Assembly: GCA_947631845.1 (NCBI GenBank)
Contig: CANRMY010000005.1
Coordinates: forward strand, 2,620-66,619
DNA from: an uncultured Oscillospiraceae bacterium
GTDB lineage: Bacteria; Bacillota; Clostridia; Oscillospirales; Oscillospiraceae
DNA: 64,000 nt
Direction of reading: 5' to 3'
Within the stretch, counting starts at the first letter, position 1; the number at the start of each line of letters is the position of its first letter. This document shows positions 10,540-21,341 of this stretch, piece after piece. A model generated the notes under the pieces. It was not told where the DNA came from. It ran no database searches and saw nothing but the letters and a program-made list of their open reading frames with translations. The translations under genes and the position numbers were made by a program.

Positions 10540-10812
10540 GGGGGCTGTGACCGTGAACGGTCACAGCCCCCCACAGCTTGTCAAAAAATCAATTTCAATA
10601 TTTTTTCCGGCGACATGTGCGTCGGAAAAAATCCCATTTGTCGCACAAGTGTGCCCCTTCGGGGCGCGTGCAGGGCGACGGCAGGGTGATTTTCTCTGAA
10701 TTTCGCAAAATTCAGAGAAAATTGCCCGCACGTTCCCCTTGTCGGAAAAAGCCCGTCAGGGCTTTTTCCGACAGTCTAAAGGGGGCTGTGACCGTGAACG
10801 GTCACAGCCCCC
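10540..10812 (-). repeat. family-B element copy B1 (10573-10780) flanked by a perfect 32-33 bp direct repeat that is itself a hairpin
   Basis: GGGGGCTGTGACCGTGAACGGTCACAGCCCCCC occurs at 10540-10572 and 10781-10812. The 208 bp between aligns with 40283-40530 (reverse), 54160-54361 and 35025-35190 (reverse). It lies between msmK-like and amylase genes of one minus-strand locus. Confidence 0.85.
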
Positions 10813-10840
10813 CAGAGATACCGTATGGGAATGGATGGAG

Positions 10841-11965
<1,125 letters not shown>

Positions 11966-11986
11966 ATCCTGTGTTCTCCTTTCAAA

Positions 11987-12856
11987 TTAACCCTTGACGG
12001 CGCCGCCGGTAACGCCCTCGACGTAGTATTTCTGCAGGCAGAGGAAGAGGATGGTCACGGGGACCGCGACGATCACGCCGCCGGCGCAGAAGGTGGTGTA
12101 CCAGCTGCCGATCTGGTCGGCGGACAGCCAGCTGTACATACCGACGGCCACGTTGTAGCCCGCGGAGGTGCCCATGGCCACGTATCTGGCAAAGACGTAG
12201 TCGCCCCAGGGGCCCATGAACGCGGTCAGGATCGTGTAGATGACGATGGGCTTGGCAAGGGGAAGGATGATCTTGTAGAGCACCTGGAGGCGGGTAGCGC
12301 CGTCCACGCGGGCGGCCTCGTCCAGGGATTTGGGGATGGTGTCAAAGAAGCCCTTGGACACGTAGTAGCCCATACCGGAGGAGGCGACGCTGACGAGGAT
12401 CAGGCCCGGCACCGCGTTGGCCTGGGTCAGGCCCAGGTCGGCCAGGACGCGGTAGAGGATGATCATGGTGAGCATCCCGGGGAACATGCCCAGGATCAGC
12501 ATGAACCGCATGAGGGGCCCGCGCATCTTGAAGCGGAAGCGGGACAGGGTATAGCTCATGCAAAGCTGAATGATGGTGGTGAGAACGGCGGCCGCCAGCG
12601 CGATGATGAAGGTGTTCAGATACCAGCGCTTAAAGTCGGAGTTCCAGAGGTTTATGTAGTTCTTCAGGCCCCACTGGTGGGGGATGACGTAGCCTACCTG
12701 ATAGGTGGACTCAACGCGGAAGGACTGGAGGACGATAAAGATGAAGGGAATGAGCCAGATGACGCTGATGAGGACCAGCAGGATGTAAATGGCGGTGTTG
12801 CTGGCGCGGTTCAGCGCCTTCAAACCCATATGCCGCTTTTCAGTGGTATTATTCAT
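11987..12856 (-). CDS. carbohydrate ABC transporter permease (MalG-like)
   Basis: 289 aa, 6 predicted TM, EAA-type loop DEAARVDGATRLQVLYKIILP. Confidence 0.85.
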   Translation of the reverse strand: MNNTTEKRHMGLKALNRASNTAIYILLVLISVIWLIPFIFIVLQSFRVESTYQVGYVIPHQWGLKNYINLWNSDFKRWYLNTFIIALAAAVLTTIIQLCMSYTLSRFRFKMRGPLMRFMLILGMFPGMLTMIILYRVLADLGLTQANAVPGLILVSVASSGMGYYVSKGFFDTIPKSLDEAARVDGATRLQVLYKIILPLAKPIVIYTILTAFMGPWGDYVFARYVAMGTSAGYNVAVGMYSWLSADQIGSWYTTFCAGGVIVAVPVTILFLCLQKYYVEGVTGGAVKG

Positions 12857-14397
12857 TACTGGAAATCCTCCTCATTCTTGATAGAGGGCAGCACGTTGTA
12901 GACCACCAGGGAGATCAGCGCCACCACCACGAAGACCAGGATACCGACGACGGAGGCCAGGTAATACTGGGATTCCGCGCCCGTAGTGATCTTGAAGAGC
13001 CAGGTGATCAGCAAGTCGGTATGGCCTACGCTTCCCGCGGCGCCGGAGGCCGCCACGTTGGTGGGCGCGCCGCCGGTCAGGAGGTAGATGACGTTAAAGT
13101 TGTTCATGTTGCCGGTGAAGCTGGTGAGCAGGTAGGGGCCGGTGATGAACAGCATGTAGGGCAGGGTGATCTTGATGTACTGCTGCCAGGCGTTGGCGCC
13201 GTCGATACGGGCCGACTCGTACAGGTCCGCCGGGATATTCATCAAAATACCGGTGGCGATGAGCATCAGGTGCGGGATGCCGATCCAGATATTGATGAGC
13301 ACCACGGAGACGCGGGCCCAGGTGGCGTCCTCCCAGAAGGGCAGCGGCTCCTTGATCCACCCCCAATCCAGCAGGGCCAGGTTGATAAGGCCGTTGCGGG
13401 CGAACATCTTGGAGACGTACAGCAGGGAGATGAACTGGGGAATGGCGATGGTCATAACAAGGATGGTACGCCACATCTTCTTGAGATGGATGCCCTTCTT
13501 GTTGATCATCATGGCCACGAACATGCCCAGGAAGTAGTTGGTGAAGGTGGCCAGGAACGCCCACATCAGGGTCCAGGCCAGGATCTCACCGAAGGTGGCC
13601 GCGTAGGACTGGGTGCCGCCGGCGCCGCCCTTCCAGGAGAGCATGGTATTGAAGTTATCCAGGCCCACCCAGGTAAACAGGTTGTTGGCGTAGCCGTTGT
13701 GGGCGCCGTCGTAGTTGGTGAAGGCCACCAGGATCATAAAGACGATGGGCATCACCGTAAAGATCAGGATGCCGGTAAGGGGCAGGGCCAGCAGGGTCTT
13801 GTAGAACTGCTCATCCACCATGCTCCGCAGGTCGTCCTTGTCGGACTTGAGCTTGCCGCCGCGCTTTTTGATGTCCTGGATGATCTTGCACTGCTTGACG
13901 TTGATACGCCAGGTGTAGATGAAGGCCACAATGAAGAAGATGGTCAGCACGCCGTAGAGCAGGATCTTAAAGGAGTTGTCGTGGTAGAAGGTCTTATAGG
14001 TGTCGTAGACGGGGTCGTACTCGGTGGTGGGGCCCTGCTTGCCCAGGGAGGGCAGCATGCTCATCCAGTAGCCGCCGGCCACGACCATATAGACAATGAA
14101 GACCACTTCAAAGAGGAGGAACAGGAGGCCCCGGAGGATCTGTCCGTTGGCCAGGTTCCCGAAGCCCATGACCAGGAAGGAGGCTTTTGTCTTCCAGTCC
14201 CCCTGGACGAAGGTCAGGCCGATATCCTTGAACTCGGCCCCCACCTTGAGGAAGAAGGTCTTCACCGCTTTGCCGATGTTGATGAAAAAGCTGGCGATGG
14301 CGTGAGGGATCGCGCAGAAGAACGCGATAAGCTTGTGGCAGAACCGCTGCCATTTGGAGAGGCGCAGGTACTCGAGGTCACTGTATTGTTTCATCAT
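12856..14397 (-). CDS. carbohydrate ABC transporter permease (MalF-like, long N-terminal extension)
   Basis: 513 aa, multiple TM, EAA loop YESARIDGANAWQQYIKITLP. Start overlaps the downstream permease stop. Confidence 0.85.
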   Translation of the reverse strand: MMKQYSDLEYLRLSKWQRFCHKLIAFFCAIPHAIASFFINIGKAVKTFFLKVGAEFKDIGLTFVQGDWKTKASFLVMGFGNLANGQILRGLLFLLFEVVFIVYMVVAGGYWMSMLPSLGKQGPTTEYDPVYDTYKTFYHDNSFKILLYGVLTIFFIVAFIYTWRINVKQCKIIQDIKKRGGKLKSDKDDLRSMVDEQFYKTLLALPLTGILIFTVMPIVFMILVAFTNYDGAHNGYANNLFTWVGLDNFNTMLSWKGGAGGTQSYAATFGEILAWTLMWAFLATFTNYFLGMFVAMMINKKGIHLKKMWRTILVMTIAIPQFISLLYVSKMFARNGLINLALLDWGWIKEPLPFWEDATWARVSVVLINIWIGIPHLMLIATGILMNIPADLYESARIDGANAWQQYIKITLPYMLFITGPYLLTSFTGNMNNFNVIYLLTGGAPTNVAASGAAGSVGHTDLLITWLFKITTGAESQYYLASVVGILVFVVVALISLVVYNVLPSIKNEEDFQ

Positions 14398-14574
14398 ATC
14401 ACCCCTTATTTTTAATACCGGGAGTTCCGATCGGCGCGGTCAAAGGGCCTTTGCCGCCGGGAAGGGAAAAACCGGTATAAACCGGCCGGAGCCGGAAGGG
14501 CCCCGGCCGGTGATCGCCGTGAAGGCTGTGCCAAAGCTATGTACGTAACAGCTCCGGACTTTCAGGAAAGCCGA

Positions 14575-16206
14575 TTACTCGGCGGGAACCAGGGTCACCT
14601 CGCCGGTGGCGGCGTTGAGCTGGACCTTGTAGGTGCCGGCGGTCTCGGGCTTGATGTTGTCGCCGTTGAGGGTGGCGTTGGCGCCGTAGTTCACATCCCA
14701 GCTCTTGCCCTGGCGGACCTTGAACTCGGAGTCGGTGGTCATCTCGAAGGCATCCTTGGAGGTCCAGATGTCGCCGTCGGCGGTCATCTCAAAGTCAACG
14801 TCCCAGTTGGAGCCGCCGATGTTGCCGATGACGGTCCAGGCGTTCTTCACCTCGTCGGACATCTCAAAGACGGCGGCGATGGAGTCCTCATACTTCTGGA
14901 GGGCGGCCTTCAGAGAGGCCTCGGAGCCGTCGGAGGTCTTGATATCGGTGGCGATGACCTTGGCGATATCCCACCAGGAGCCGTGGATGTTGGGCTGGGA
15001 GACGGAGTACTTGTTCTGCTCCTCAAGCGCGGCGAGGGCGGGGTTGGTGCCGGCGGGGTCATTGCGGGCTTCCAGGTTGGCGGGGCCCCAGCCGAGGCCG
15101 CCGTTCTCGGCGGTGCCGTCGGGCGTCTTGCCCTCAACGGGGTCGGCGGCGCGCTGGAGAGAGCACTCCTTGCCGGTGAGGTACTGGGCCAGCTGGTTGA
15201 CGACGGCGCCCTTCTTGGCGTCCTCCTGGGGCTTCACGCCCAGGAGCTTGCAGCCGGCGTAGGAGCCGATGTGATAGCTCTGGCCGTCCACCTCGAAGGA
15301 GGGCAGGTCGGTCACGCCGAAGTTATCGCCCAGCTGGGCCTTGATGTCGGCGTAGTTCCACACGCCGGTGACCACAACGGCGGAGCCGCTGGCGAAGTCG
15401 GCGGCGGAGGAGTTGACGTAGCTCTTGGAGGTGACGATCTTCTGAAGTCCCTTGGCGGCGATGAGGCCCTTGTCGGAGTTAAAATCGTCGTCGATGGAGA
15501 TAAACTTGCCGTCGTTGTCGGTGATCCAGTCGGAGTGGCAGCCGGCGGCGAAGAAGAAGCCGGCGGTATACCAGGCGTTCTCCAGCTCGTAGGAGAAGTT
15601 CTTGCCCGCGGCCTCGCAGTCGGCGACCAGCTTCTCCAGGCTGTCGATGTCCTCCTCGGGGATCACGGACTTGTCATAGTACATAAAGTAGCCGTTGTCG
15701 GCGGTGAGGGGATAAGCAAAGAAGTCGTCGCCGGACTTGGCGGCAACCAGGGAGCTGGCCACGTTGTTGTTCTTCACGTAGTCGGCGGCGCCCTGGCCCA
15801 GCTTCATGAGGGCGGCGGCCTGGATCAGACGGGAGAGCTGATCCTGAGCGAAGAAGTAGAGATCGCCGCCGGCGGACACGTCGTTGACCATGTTGGTGGC
15901 GGCGTCAGCCTCGGAGACGGGCTGCACGGTGGCGTTGATGGTGATGCCCATGGTGTTGGTGGCGTTGAACTGCTTGACCTGGGCCTCGGTCAGGGAGACG
16001 GCCGCGTCGGGGCACCAGATGGTGATGTCATAGGTGCCGGCCAGCTCGGAACCGCCGCTGGAGGTGTCCTTGCCGCCGCCGGCAGTGTCCTTGCCGCCGC
16101 CGGCAGTGTCCTTGCCGCCGCCGGCGGTGTCGTCGCCGTTTCCGCCGCAGGCGGCCAGCGAGAACACCATGACAAGCGCCAGGATGATCGCTAAGAATTT
16201 TTTCAT
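14575..16206 (-). CDS. maltodextrin/oligosaccharide ABC solute-binding lipoprotein with extra C-terminal beta-sandwich (CBM-like) domain
   Basis: 543 aa. Lipobox LAACGG, a 21-bp x3 tandem repeat (16061-16123) encoding GGGKDTA x3, and an SBP body of ~400 aa. An extra ~95 aa tail follows: WTVIGNIGGSNWDVDFEMTADGDIWTSKD..EFKVRQGKSWDVNYG..TAGTYKVQLNAATGEVTL. Confidence 0.8.
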   Translation of the reverse strand: MKKFLAIILALVMVFSLAACGGNGDDTAGGGKDTAGGGKDTAGGGKDTSSGGSELAGTYDITIWCPDAAVSLTEAQVKQFNATNTMGITINATVQPVSEADAATNMVNDVSAGGDLYFFAQDQLSRLIQAAALMKLGQGAADYVKNNNVASSLVAAKSGDDFFAYPLTADNGYFMYYDKSVIPEEDIDSLEKLVADCEAAGKNFSYELENAWYTAGFFFAAGCHSDWITDNDGKFISIDDDFNSDKGLIAAKGLQKIVTSKSYVNSSAADFASGSAVVVTGVWNYADIKAQLGDNFGVTDLPSFEVDGQSYHIGSYAGCKLLGVKPQEDAKKGAVVNQLAQYLTGKECSLQRAADPVEGKTPDGTAENGGLGWGPANLEARNDPAGTNPALAALEEQNKYSVSQPNIHGSWWDIAKVIATDIKTSDGSEASLKAALQKYEDSIAAVFEMSDEVKNAWTVIGNIGGSNWDVDFEMTADGDIWTSKDAFEMTTDSEFKVRQGKSWDVNYGANATLNGDNIKPETAGTYKVQLNAATGEVTLVPAE

Positions 16207-16305
16207 TTTTATTCCTCCTGAAAAATTTTTGTCGGGAACAGCCCATCATCCCCACCTTGTGGGGATGGCGAACAGGGGCCCCTGTTCCGGCTGTTACCTT
16301 TTTAT

Positions 16306-16334
16306 ATTATACCAAAGGTTTCCGGTAAATTCAA
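16306..16334 (-). promoter_or_regulatory. sigma-A promoter of the SBP/permease operon
   Basis: Minus strand reads TTGAAT (16329-16334), exactly 17 nt, then TATAAT (16306-16311). The ~95 nt leader to the ATG at 16206 contains nested hairpins. Confidence 0.6.
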
Positions 16335-16654
16335 CCGCGCGGGGCAAAAAAAGACGGAAACGTTTTCAACAAAATTTTTTAACAATTTTTGTGCATAATT
16401 CACAACGTTTCGGCACAGTGATTCAAAGCAGTGTCCAAAATGCGACATACCAATTCGAAGCCCGCATGAATATCCGCCTCTCCCCTTCCCGCGTAATACT
16501 AATATCCAATTAAAACAAGACATTCTCGCCGGTCTTTTCCGCGCCATGCCGCGTCAGCCGCCTTGGAAATACCAATGGGTATTCCCTGCGGCGTCTTCCT
16601 CGCCTGACGCGAAAAATCCTCGACGCTCGGTGTCTCCTTTTAAATGGATATTAG

Positions 16655-16690
16655 TATAAAGGAAAAGAGGCCGGGAACGCCGGCCTCTGG
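16655..16690 (-). terminator. intrinsic terminator after the 16704 gene
   Basis: Minus strand reads AGAGGCCGG-CGTTC-CCGGCCTCT followed by TTTTCCTTT, 14 nt after the stop. Confidence 0.6.
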
Positions 16691-16703
16691 GGGCATTTTC
16701 GGT

Positions 16704-17192
16704 TTATGGGGCGGCCAGGAGGGAATCGGCCACGGCCCGGGCCGCGCCGTCCTCCAGGTGGACGGATTTGGCGCCCAGGAAAAGGTAATAGTCCTCCTCG
16801 GTGTAGCCCAGATAGGCCGCCGCCGCGCCGGTATGGGAGGCGGCGTCGTAGATCTTGACGCCCTCAAAGCCGGGGAGCAGCAGCTCCTCGTACTCCCCTA
16901 TCTGGGATTCCGGGAGGATAAGGATGTCGCCGAACTCCACGGCGCCGGAGTTGAACAGGAGGTACTCGAAATTGTGCACCTGGATCATTTTGATGCCGTC
17001 GGGCCTGTCCTCCTCCAGCCGGACGGCCAGCTCGGTGTCGCGGATCTCCGGCACGTAGCAGTAGACGGTGATCTTTTTGGCCGGGGGCGCGTCGGTGACC
17101 AGGGTGAAGATCCAGCCCCAGAAGATGGCGGACATCAGCGCCCAGAGGACGAAGGTGTGGATCTGGGAAAAGACATTTTTAAAAAATCTCAT
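16704..17192 (-). CDS. hypothetical membrane-anchored protein
   Basis: 162 aa, one N-terminal TM (FVLWALMSAIFWGWIFTLV) then a soluble domain. ATGA overlap with the upstream gene. No family recognised. Confidence 0.5.
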   Translation of the reverse strand: MRFFKNVFSQIHTFVLWALMSAIFWGWIFTLVTDAPPAKKITVYCYVPEIRDTELAVRLEEDRPDGIKMIQVHNFEYLLFNSGAVEFGDILILPESQIGEYEELLLPGFEGVKIYDAASHTGAAAAYLGYTEEDYYLFLGAKSVHLEDGAARAVADSLLAAP

Positions 17193-17680
17193 TTTGTCAC
17201 CTCATAGGCGGCGACGTAGCCGTGGCAGATGTAAAGCGCCGTGGGCACAGCCTCCGTCAGCCGTTTGGCGCGGCTCCGGGACACCCAGAAGCTCCTGACG
17301 CCCTCGGGGGTCTCCACGTCCACGGCCAGGGCGGTGATGCTCTTTTTGATGCGCAGCCAACGGCGGGTCACCTGGACGCGGCCCTCCACCCGCTCCCGCT
17401 CCCCCTCCCGGAGGGTGCCGGCGTGGCCCAGCTCCCGGCGGGCGTTCCCCACCGTGAAGATAGCGCAGTAGAGGACGATCCAGCCGGAGACGGTGCTGAC
17501 GGCGATGGCGGCCAGCTCCATGCGCTGGGCGTTCCCGGTGGTGGTCAGCGCCGCCAGGGCGATACACACGCCCAGGGCCAGGAGCGAAAAGAGGCACAGA
17601 GCCAGGGTCCATGTTTTTATCTTCCGCCGGAGCTTTGCGATGTCCTCATCGGTGTACACCTCCACAGGCAAGAGCGTCAT
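17189..17680 (-). CDS. hypothetical two-TM membrane protein
   Basis: Start trimmed to MTLLPVEVY (ATG 17680) behind AAGGTGG. Two TM helices then a basic soluble tail. No family recognised. Confidence 0.5.
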   Translation of the reverse strand: MTLLPVEVYTDEDIAKLRRKIKTWTLALCLFSLLALGVCIALAALTTTGNAQRMELAAIAVSTVSGWIVLYCAIFTVGNARRELGHAGTLREGERERVEGRVQVTRRWLRIKKSITALAVDVETPEGVRSFWVSRSRAKRLTEAVPTALYICHGYVAAYEVTK

Positions 17681-17773
17681 CGCGGGAACCACCTTTCGAC
17701 AAAATAACATTAGAAAGAATATAAGGAGTATAACATATTTTGGCGGATTTCACAAGGGGGGGAAACATGTATT

Positions 17774-18407
17774 TATAAGGTTTCCGCCCTTATGGGGCGG
17801 AAGGGAACTTACTTTCTCCTCTTTTGTGTTGACAAAAGAGGAGAAAGTAACAAAGAGGAGAAAAACAATAAGGCGGAAATCTCGGCCCGTCCCACTCTTC
17901 ACCGCGCATCTTTTGACGAATGGCCTCTGCGCCTAACCCGCTTAGCCGCTCACAACTCTATGATCAAAGATTTCGTTCCTATTTAACCCGCGCTGGTGCG
18001 GGTTTGATCGTGTGGTTTCTGTAGGGGCCGGACACTGGCCGGCCCGACGCACCATCAAATTACCCTACGCGCCGTCGCCCAAAAAGGTTGCGGCTCCGCC
18101 GCATATTTGATTGTGGGCCGCCGAGGGCAGCGGCCCGTACGGCGTTGGAATTAGTGCGTCGGGAAGTCGATACACGGGCCGGCCGGGTGTCCGGCCCGTA
18201 CAGGGTACGTGCGGGCGTTCCCCGGGGTTCTCCACATAGGGGCTCGCAAGCCCCTGTGTGGTCGTTTTAAAAAGGGGGTTCTCAGGGGGGAAAAAACGAA
18301 ATCCCCCCTGAGTTGTTTTTCTCTTCTTTGTTGCTTTCTTCTCTTTTGTCAACACAAAAGAGAAGAAAGCAAATCTCCGTCCGCCTATGAGGCGGACAAC
18401 CTTATTC
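17774..18407. repeat. composite repeat locus R1: M module (17774-18012, fwd), REP-like A units (18013-18215), extra hairpins, partial inverted M (18296-18407)
   Basis: The M module shares TATAAGGT..CCGCC-hairpin, an 18-bp polypyrimidine/polypurine hairpin (17810-17849) and CGCTTAGCCGCTCAC with 44351-44646, 57513-57749 and 58111-58497. A units include GGGGCCGGACACTGGCCGGCCC, GGGCCGCCGAGGGCAGCGGCCC and CGGGCCGGCCGGGTGTCCGGCCCGTAC. Confidence 0.85.
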
Positions 18408-18480
18408 CCCCGCCGGGGTGAGGCGCCCTGCCGGGGTAAGGCGGGCGGCGGATTTTTTTTGTAAACCGCAACTGACGCTA

Positions 18481-18509
18481 TTGAAAAAAAGGCGCGGATA
18501 TGGTAACAT
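18481..18509 (+). promoter_or_regulatory. candidate promoter for tldD
   Basis: TTGAAA, a 17-nt spacer ending in TGG, then TAACAT, 36 nt before the ATG. Confidence 0.35.
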
Positions 18510-18544
18510 TTCAACGAAAAAGTTTTTATCCGGGAGGGATACAA

Positions 18545-19927
18545 ATGATATCAAAAGCGCTTTGTGAGCGCGTGCTCGGGCGCGCGGTGTCCACCGGCGC
18601 GGACTATGCCGAGCTTTTCATGGAAAACACCCTGAACCACTCCATCGAGATGGTGGGCGGCAAGGTGGACGCCATCAACGACGGCGTCATCGCCGGGGCG
18701 GCGATCCGGGTCTACAAGGGCCTCAGGAGCGTCATGGCCTCCACCGTTGACACCGGCGAGGAGGGGCTTATGCGGTGCGCCCAGCGGGTGGCCGACGCTT
18801 TGGGCGAGGGGAAGGCGGAGATCGCCATCCGGCTCTCCGAGCAGGTGATCGCCAACATCCACCCGGTGCTGGACGCGCCCTCCAGCGTGGCCAACGCCCG
18901 GAAGGTGGACATCCTCCGGGCCGCCAGCGACGCCGCCAAGGGGTATAACCAGGCCGTCCGGCAGGTGACGGGCAGGTTCCTGGACGTGGATCACAACATC
19001 CTGATTGCCAGCACCGACGGCGTCTACGCTCAGGACCGGCAGATCCGCACGCGCCTGGTGGTCAGCGCCGTGGCGGAGTTGAACGGTCAGACCCAGACGG
19101 GCTCCTGCAGCCCCGGGCGCAGGATGGGCATGGAGATGTTCGACGGTCTCATCGACCCCGCGGCGGTGGGACGGGAGGCGGCGCGTCACGCGGTGGTGAT
19201 GGCCGGGGCGGGCTACTGCCCTGCCGGCGTCATGCCCGTGGCCATCGAGAGCGGCTTCGGCGGCGTCATCTTCCACGAGGCCTGCGGCCACTCCCTGGAG
19301 GCCAGCTCCGTGGCCTACAACGCCAGCCAGTTCTGCGGGAAGCTGGGGCAGAAGATTGCCAATGAGAAGGTCACCGCCATCGACGACGGCACCATCCCCA
19401 ACGCCTGGGGCTCCATCAACATCGACGACGAGGGCACGCCCTCCCGCAAGAGGGTCCTCATCGAGAAGGGCATCCTGAAGACCTACATGATCGACAAGTT
19501 CAACGGCCGGCGCATGGGCATGGAATCCACCGCCAGCTCCCGCCGGGAGAGCTACTCCTACACCCCCACGTCCCGCATGACCAACACCTACATCGCGGCC
19601 GGGGAGGACAAAAACGAGGACATCATCGCCTCCATCGAGTACGGCCTCTACGCCAAAAAGATGGGCGGCGGCTCGGTGAACCCGGTGACGGGCGAGTTCA
19701 ATTTCGCCGTGGACGAGGGGTATATGGTGAGAAACGGGAAGATCTGCGAGCCCGTCCGGGGCGCGTCCTTAGTGGGCAAGGGCTCCGAGATCATTCAGAA
19801 GATCGACATGGTGGGCACGGATATGGACATGGGACAGGGCATGTGCGGCTCCTCCTCGGGCTCCATCCCCACCAACGTGGGCCAGCCGCTGATCCGCGTC
19901 TCCAGCATCACCGTGGGCGGCAGATAA
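18545..19927 (+). CDS. tldD: TldD-family metalloprotease
   Basis: Start trimmed to MISKAL behind GGGAGGG. HEACGH zinc motif and a conserved C-terminal GGR. Confidence 0.85.
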   Translation: MISKALCERVLGRAVSTGADYAELFMENTLNHSIEMVGGKVDAINDGVIAGAAIRVYKGLRSVMASTVDTGEEGLMRCAQRVADALGEGKAEIAIRLSEQVIANIHPVLDAPSSVANARKVDILRAASDAAKGYNQAVRQVTGRFLDVDHNILIASTDGVYAQDRQIRTRLVVSAVAELNGQTQTGSCSPGRRMGMEMFDGLIDPAAVGREAARHAVVMAGAGYCPAGVMPVAIESGFGGVIFHEACGHSLEASSVAYNASQFCGKLGQKIANEKVTAIDDGTIPNAWGSINIDDEGTPSRKRVLIEKGILKTYMIDKFNGRRMGMESTASSRRESYSYTPTSRMTNTYIAAGEDKNEDIIASIEYGLYAKKMGGGSVNPVTGEFNFAVDEGYMVRNGKICEPVRGASLVGKGSEIIQKIDMVGTDMDMGQGMCGSSSGSIPTNVGQPLIRVSSITVGGR

Positions 19928-19939
19928 GGAGGGTTTGAC

Positions 19940-21283
19940 ATGACATTTGAAGAATTCAAAAACGCCGTGGTCGCCGAGGCCGAAAAGAGCGGCATCACGG
20001 ATTACGAGCTTTATTACGCCCAGCAGGATTCCACCAGCGTGGAGGCCTTCCGGCACGAGATCAGCGAGTTCTCCACCGGGGTCGAGGGCGGCGTCTGCTT
20101 CCGCTGCGTCGTGGGCGGCCACATGGGCTACGCCTCCACGGAGGAGCTGAGCCCCGGCGCCGCCGCGGCCCTTGTGCGCCGCGCCGCCGAGAACGCCGCC
20201 ACCCTGGAGAGCGAGGAGACGCCCCTGCTGGTGGCGGGAGGTCAGACCTACGAGGCGCATGAGCCGGCGGCATATCCCCTCCCCGACGCCGCCCGGCTTG
20301 TGAAAACCGTCCTGGAGATGCAGGACATGATGCTGGGCTCCGATCCCGCCGTGCTGGACAACAGCCAGAGCGGGGCGTATGTCAGCGCCAGCACCGTGGC
20401 CATCTGCAACTCCCGGGGGCTGGATCTCAGGCACACCTCCCAAAACGCCGCGCTGATGGCGATGCCCATCGTGGGCGACGGGCAGGAGATGAGCAACGCC
20501 TACGAGATGAAGCGCGGGGACTTCGCCAAAATCGACCGGGCGGCGGTCATCGCCAAGGCCGTGAAAAAGGCCAAGGACAGCCTGGGCGGCGGCGTCCCCG
20601 CCACAGGGGCCATGCCCGTGGTCTTCTCCCCGGAGGCCATGAGCTCCCTGCTGGGCACCTTCTCCTCCGCCTTCTCCTCGGAGATGGCCCAGAAGGGCCT
20701 CTCCGCCCTCCGGGACAAGGAGGGCCAGACCGTGGCCGGGGCCAACGTCACCTTAGTGGACGACCCCTTCTTTGAGGGCGGCGCCATGATGCCCTTCGAC
20801 GCCGAGGGCTCCCCCACCCACAAAAAGAACGTCATCGAGAACGGCAGGCTGGTGACGCTCCTCTACAACCTCCAGACCGCCGTCAAGGCCGGAAAGGCCA
20901 CCACCGGCAACGCCGCCAAGGGGGGCTATGCCTCCAAGGTGGGCGTGCGGCCCTTCGTCATGTACCTGGCCCCCGGCGGGATGACCGAGGACGAGCTCCT
21001 GGAGGCGGCCGGGAACGGCGTCTACATCAACTCCCTGGGCGGCCTTCACGCCGGAGCCAATCCCATCACCGGGGACTTCTCCCTCCAGAGCGGCGGGTTC
21101 CTCATCGAGAACGGCAAAAAGACCGCGCCTGTCAAGTCCTTCACCGTGGCGGGGAATTTCTTCGCCATGCTCTCCCGGATCCGCGACATAGCCTCAAACC
21201 TGGAGCCCCCCAGAGGCGGCGGGGTCACCGGCTTTACCTCCCCCAGCGTCCTGGTGGACGGCCTCACCGTGGCCGGGAAATAA
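19940..21283 (+). CDS. pmbA: PmbA/TldE-family protein (TldD partner)
   Basis: 447 aa, PmbA_TldD fold signatures (GGLHAGANPITGDFSLQSGGFLIENGK), 12 nt after tldD. Confidence 0.8.
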   Translation: MTFEEFKNAVVAEAEKSGITDYELYYAQQDSTSVEAFRHEISEFSTGVEGGVCFRCVVGGHMGYASTEELSPGAAAALVRRAAENAATLESEETPLLVAGGQTYEAHEPAAYPLPDAARLVKTVLEMQDMMLGSDPAVLDNSQSGAYVSASTVAICNSRGLDLRHTSQNAALMAMPIVGDGQEMSNAYEMKRGDFAKIDRAAVIAKAVKKAKDSLGGGVPATGAMPVVFSPEAMSSLLGTFSSAFSSEMAQKGLSALRDKEGQTVAGANVTLVDDPFFEGGAMMPFDAEGSPTHKKNVIENGRLVTLLYNLQTAVKAGKATTGNAAKGGYASKVGVRPFVMYLAPGGMTEDELLEAAGNGVYINSLGGLHAGANPITGDFSLQSGGFLIENGKKTAPVKSFTVAGNFFAMLSRIRDIASNLEPPRGGGVTGFTSPSVLVDGLTVAGK

Positions 21284-21341
21284 CCGTTGATCAATCCTTT
21301 TGGCCGGAGCTGTCTCCGGCCCTTTTTCAGGAGGGTAACAT

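Noticed and set aside
16356-16369. A cre / LacI-family operator (GGAAACGTTTTCAA) upstream of the SBP promoter.
   Set aside because: It matches only the central part of the TGWAANCGNTNWCA consensus, lies upstream of the -35, and no cognate regulator gene is in the window. It is kept only as a note within the leader finding.
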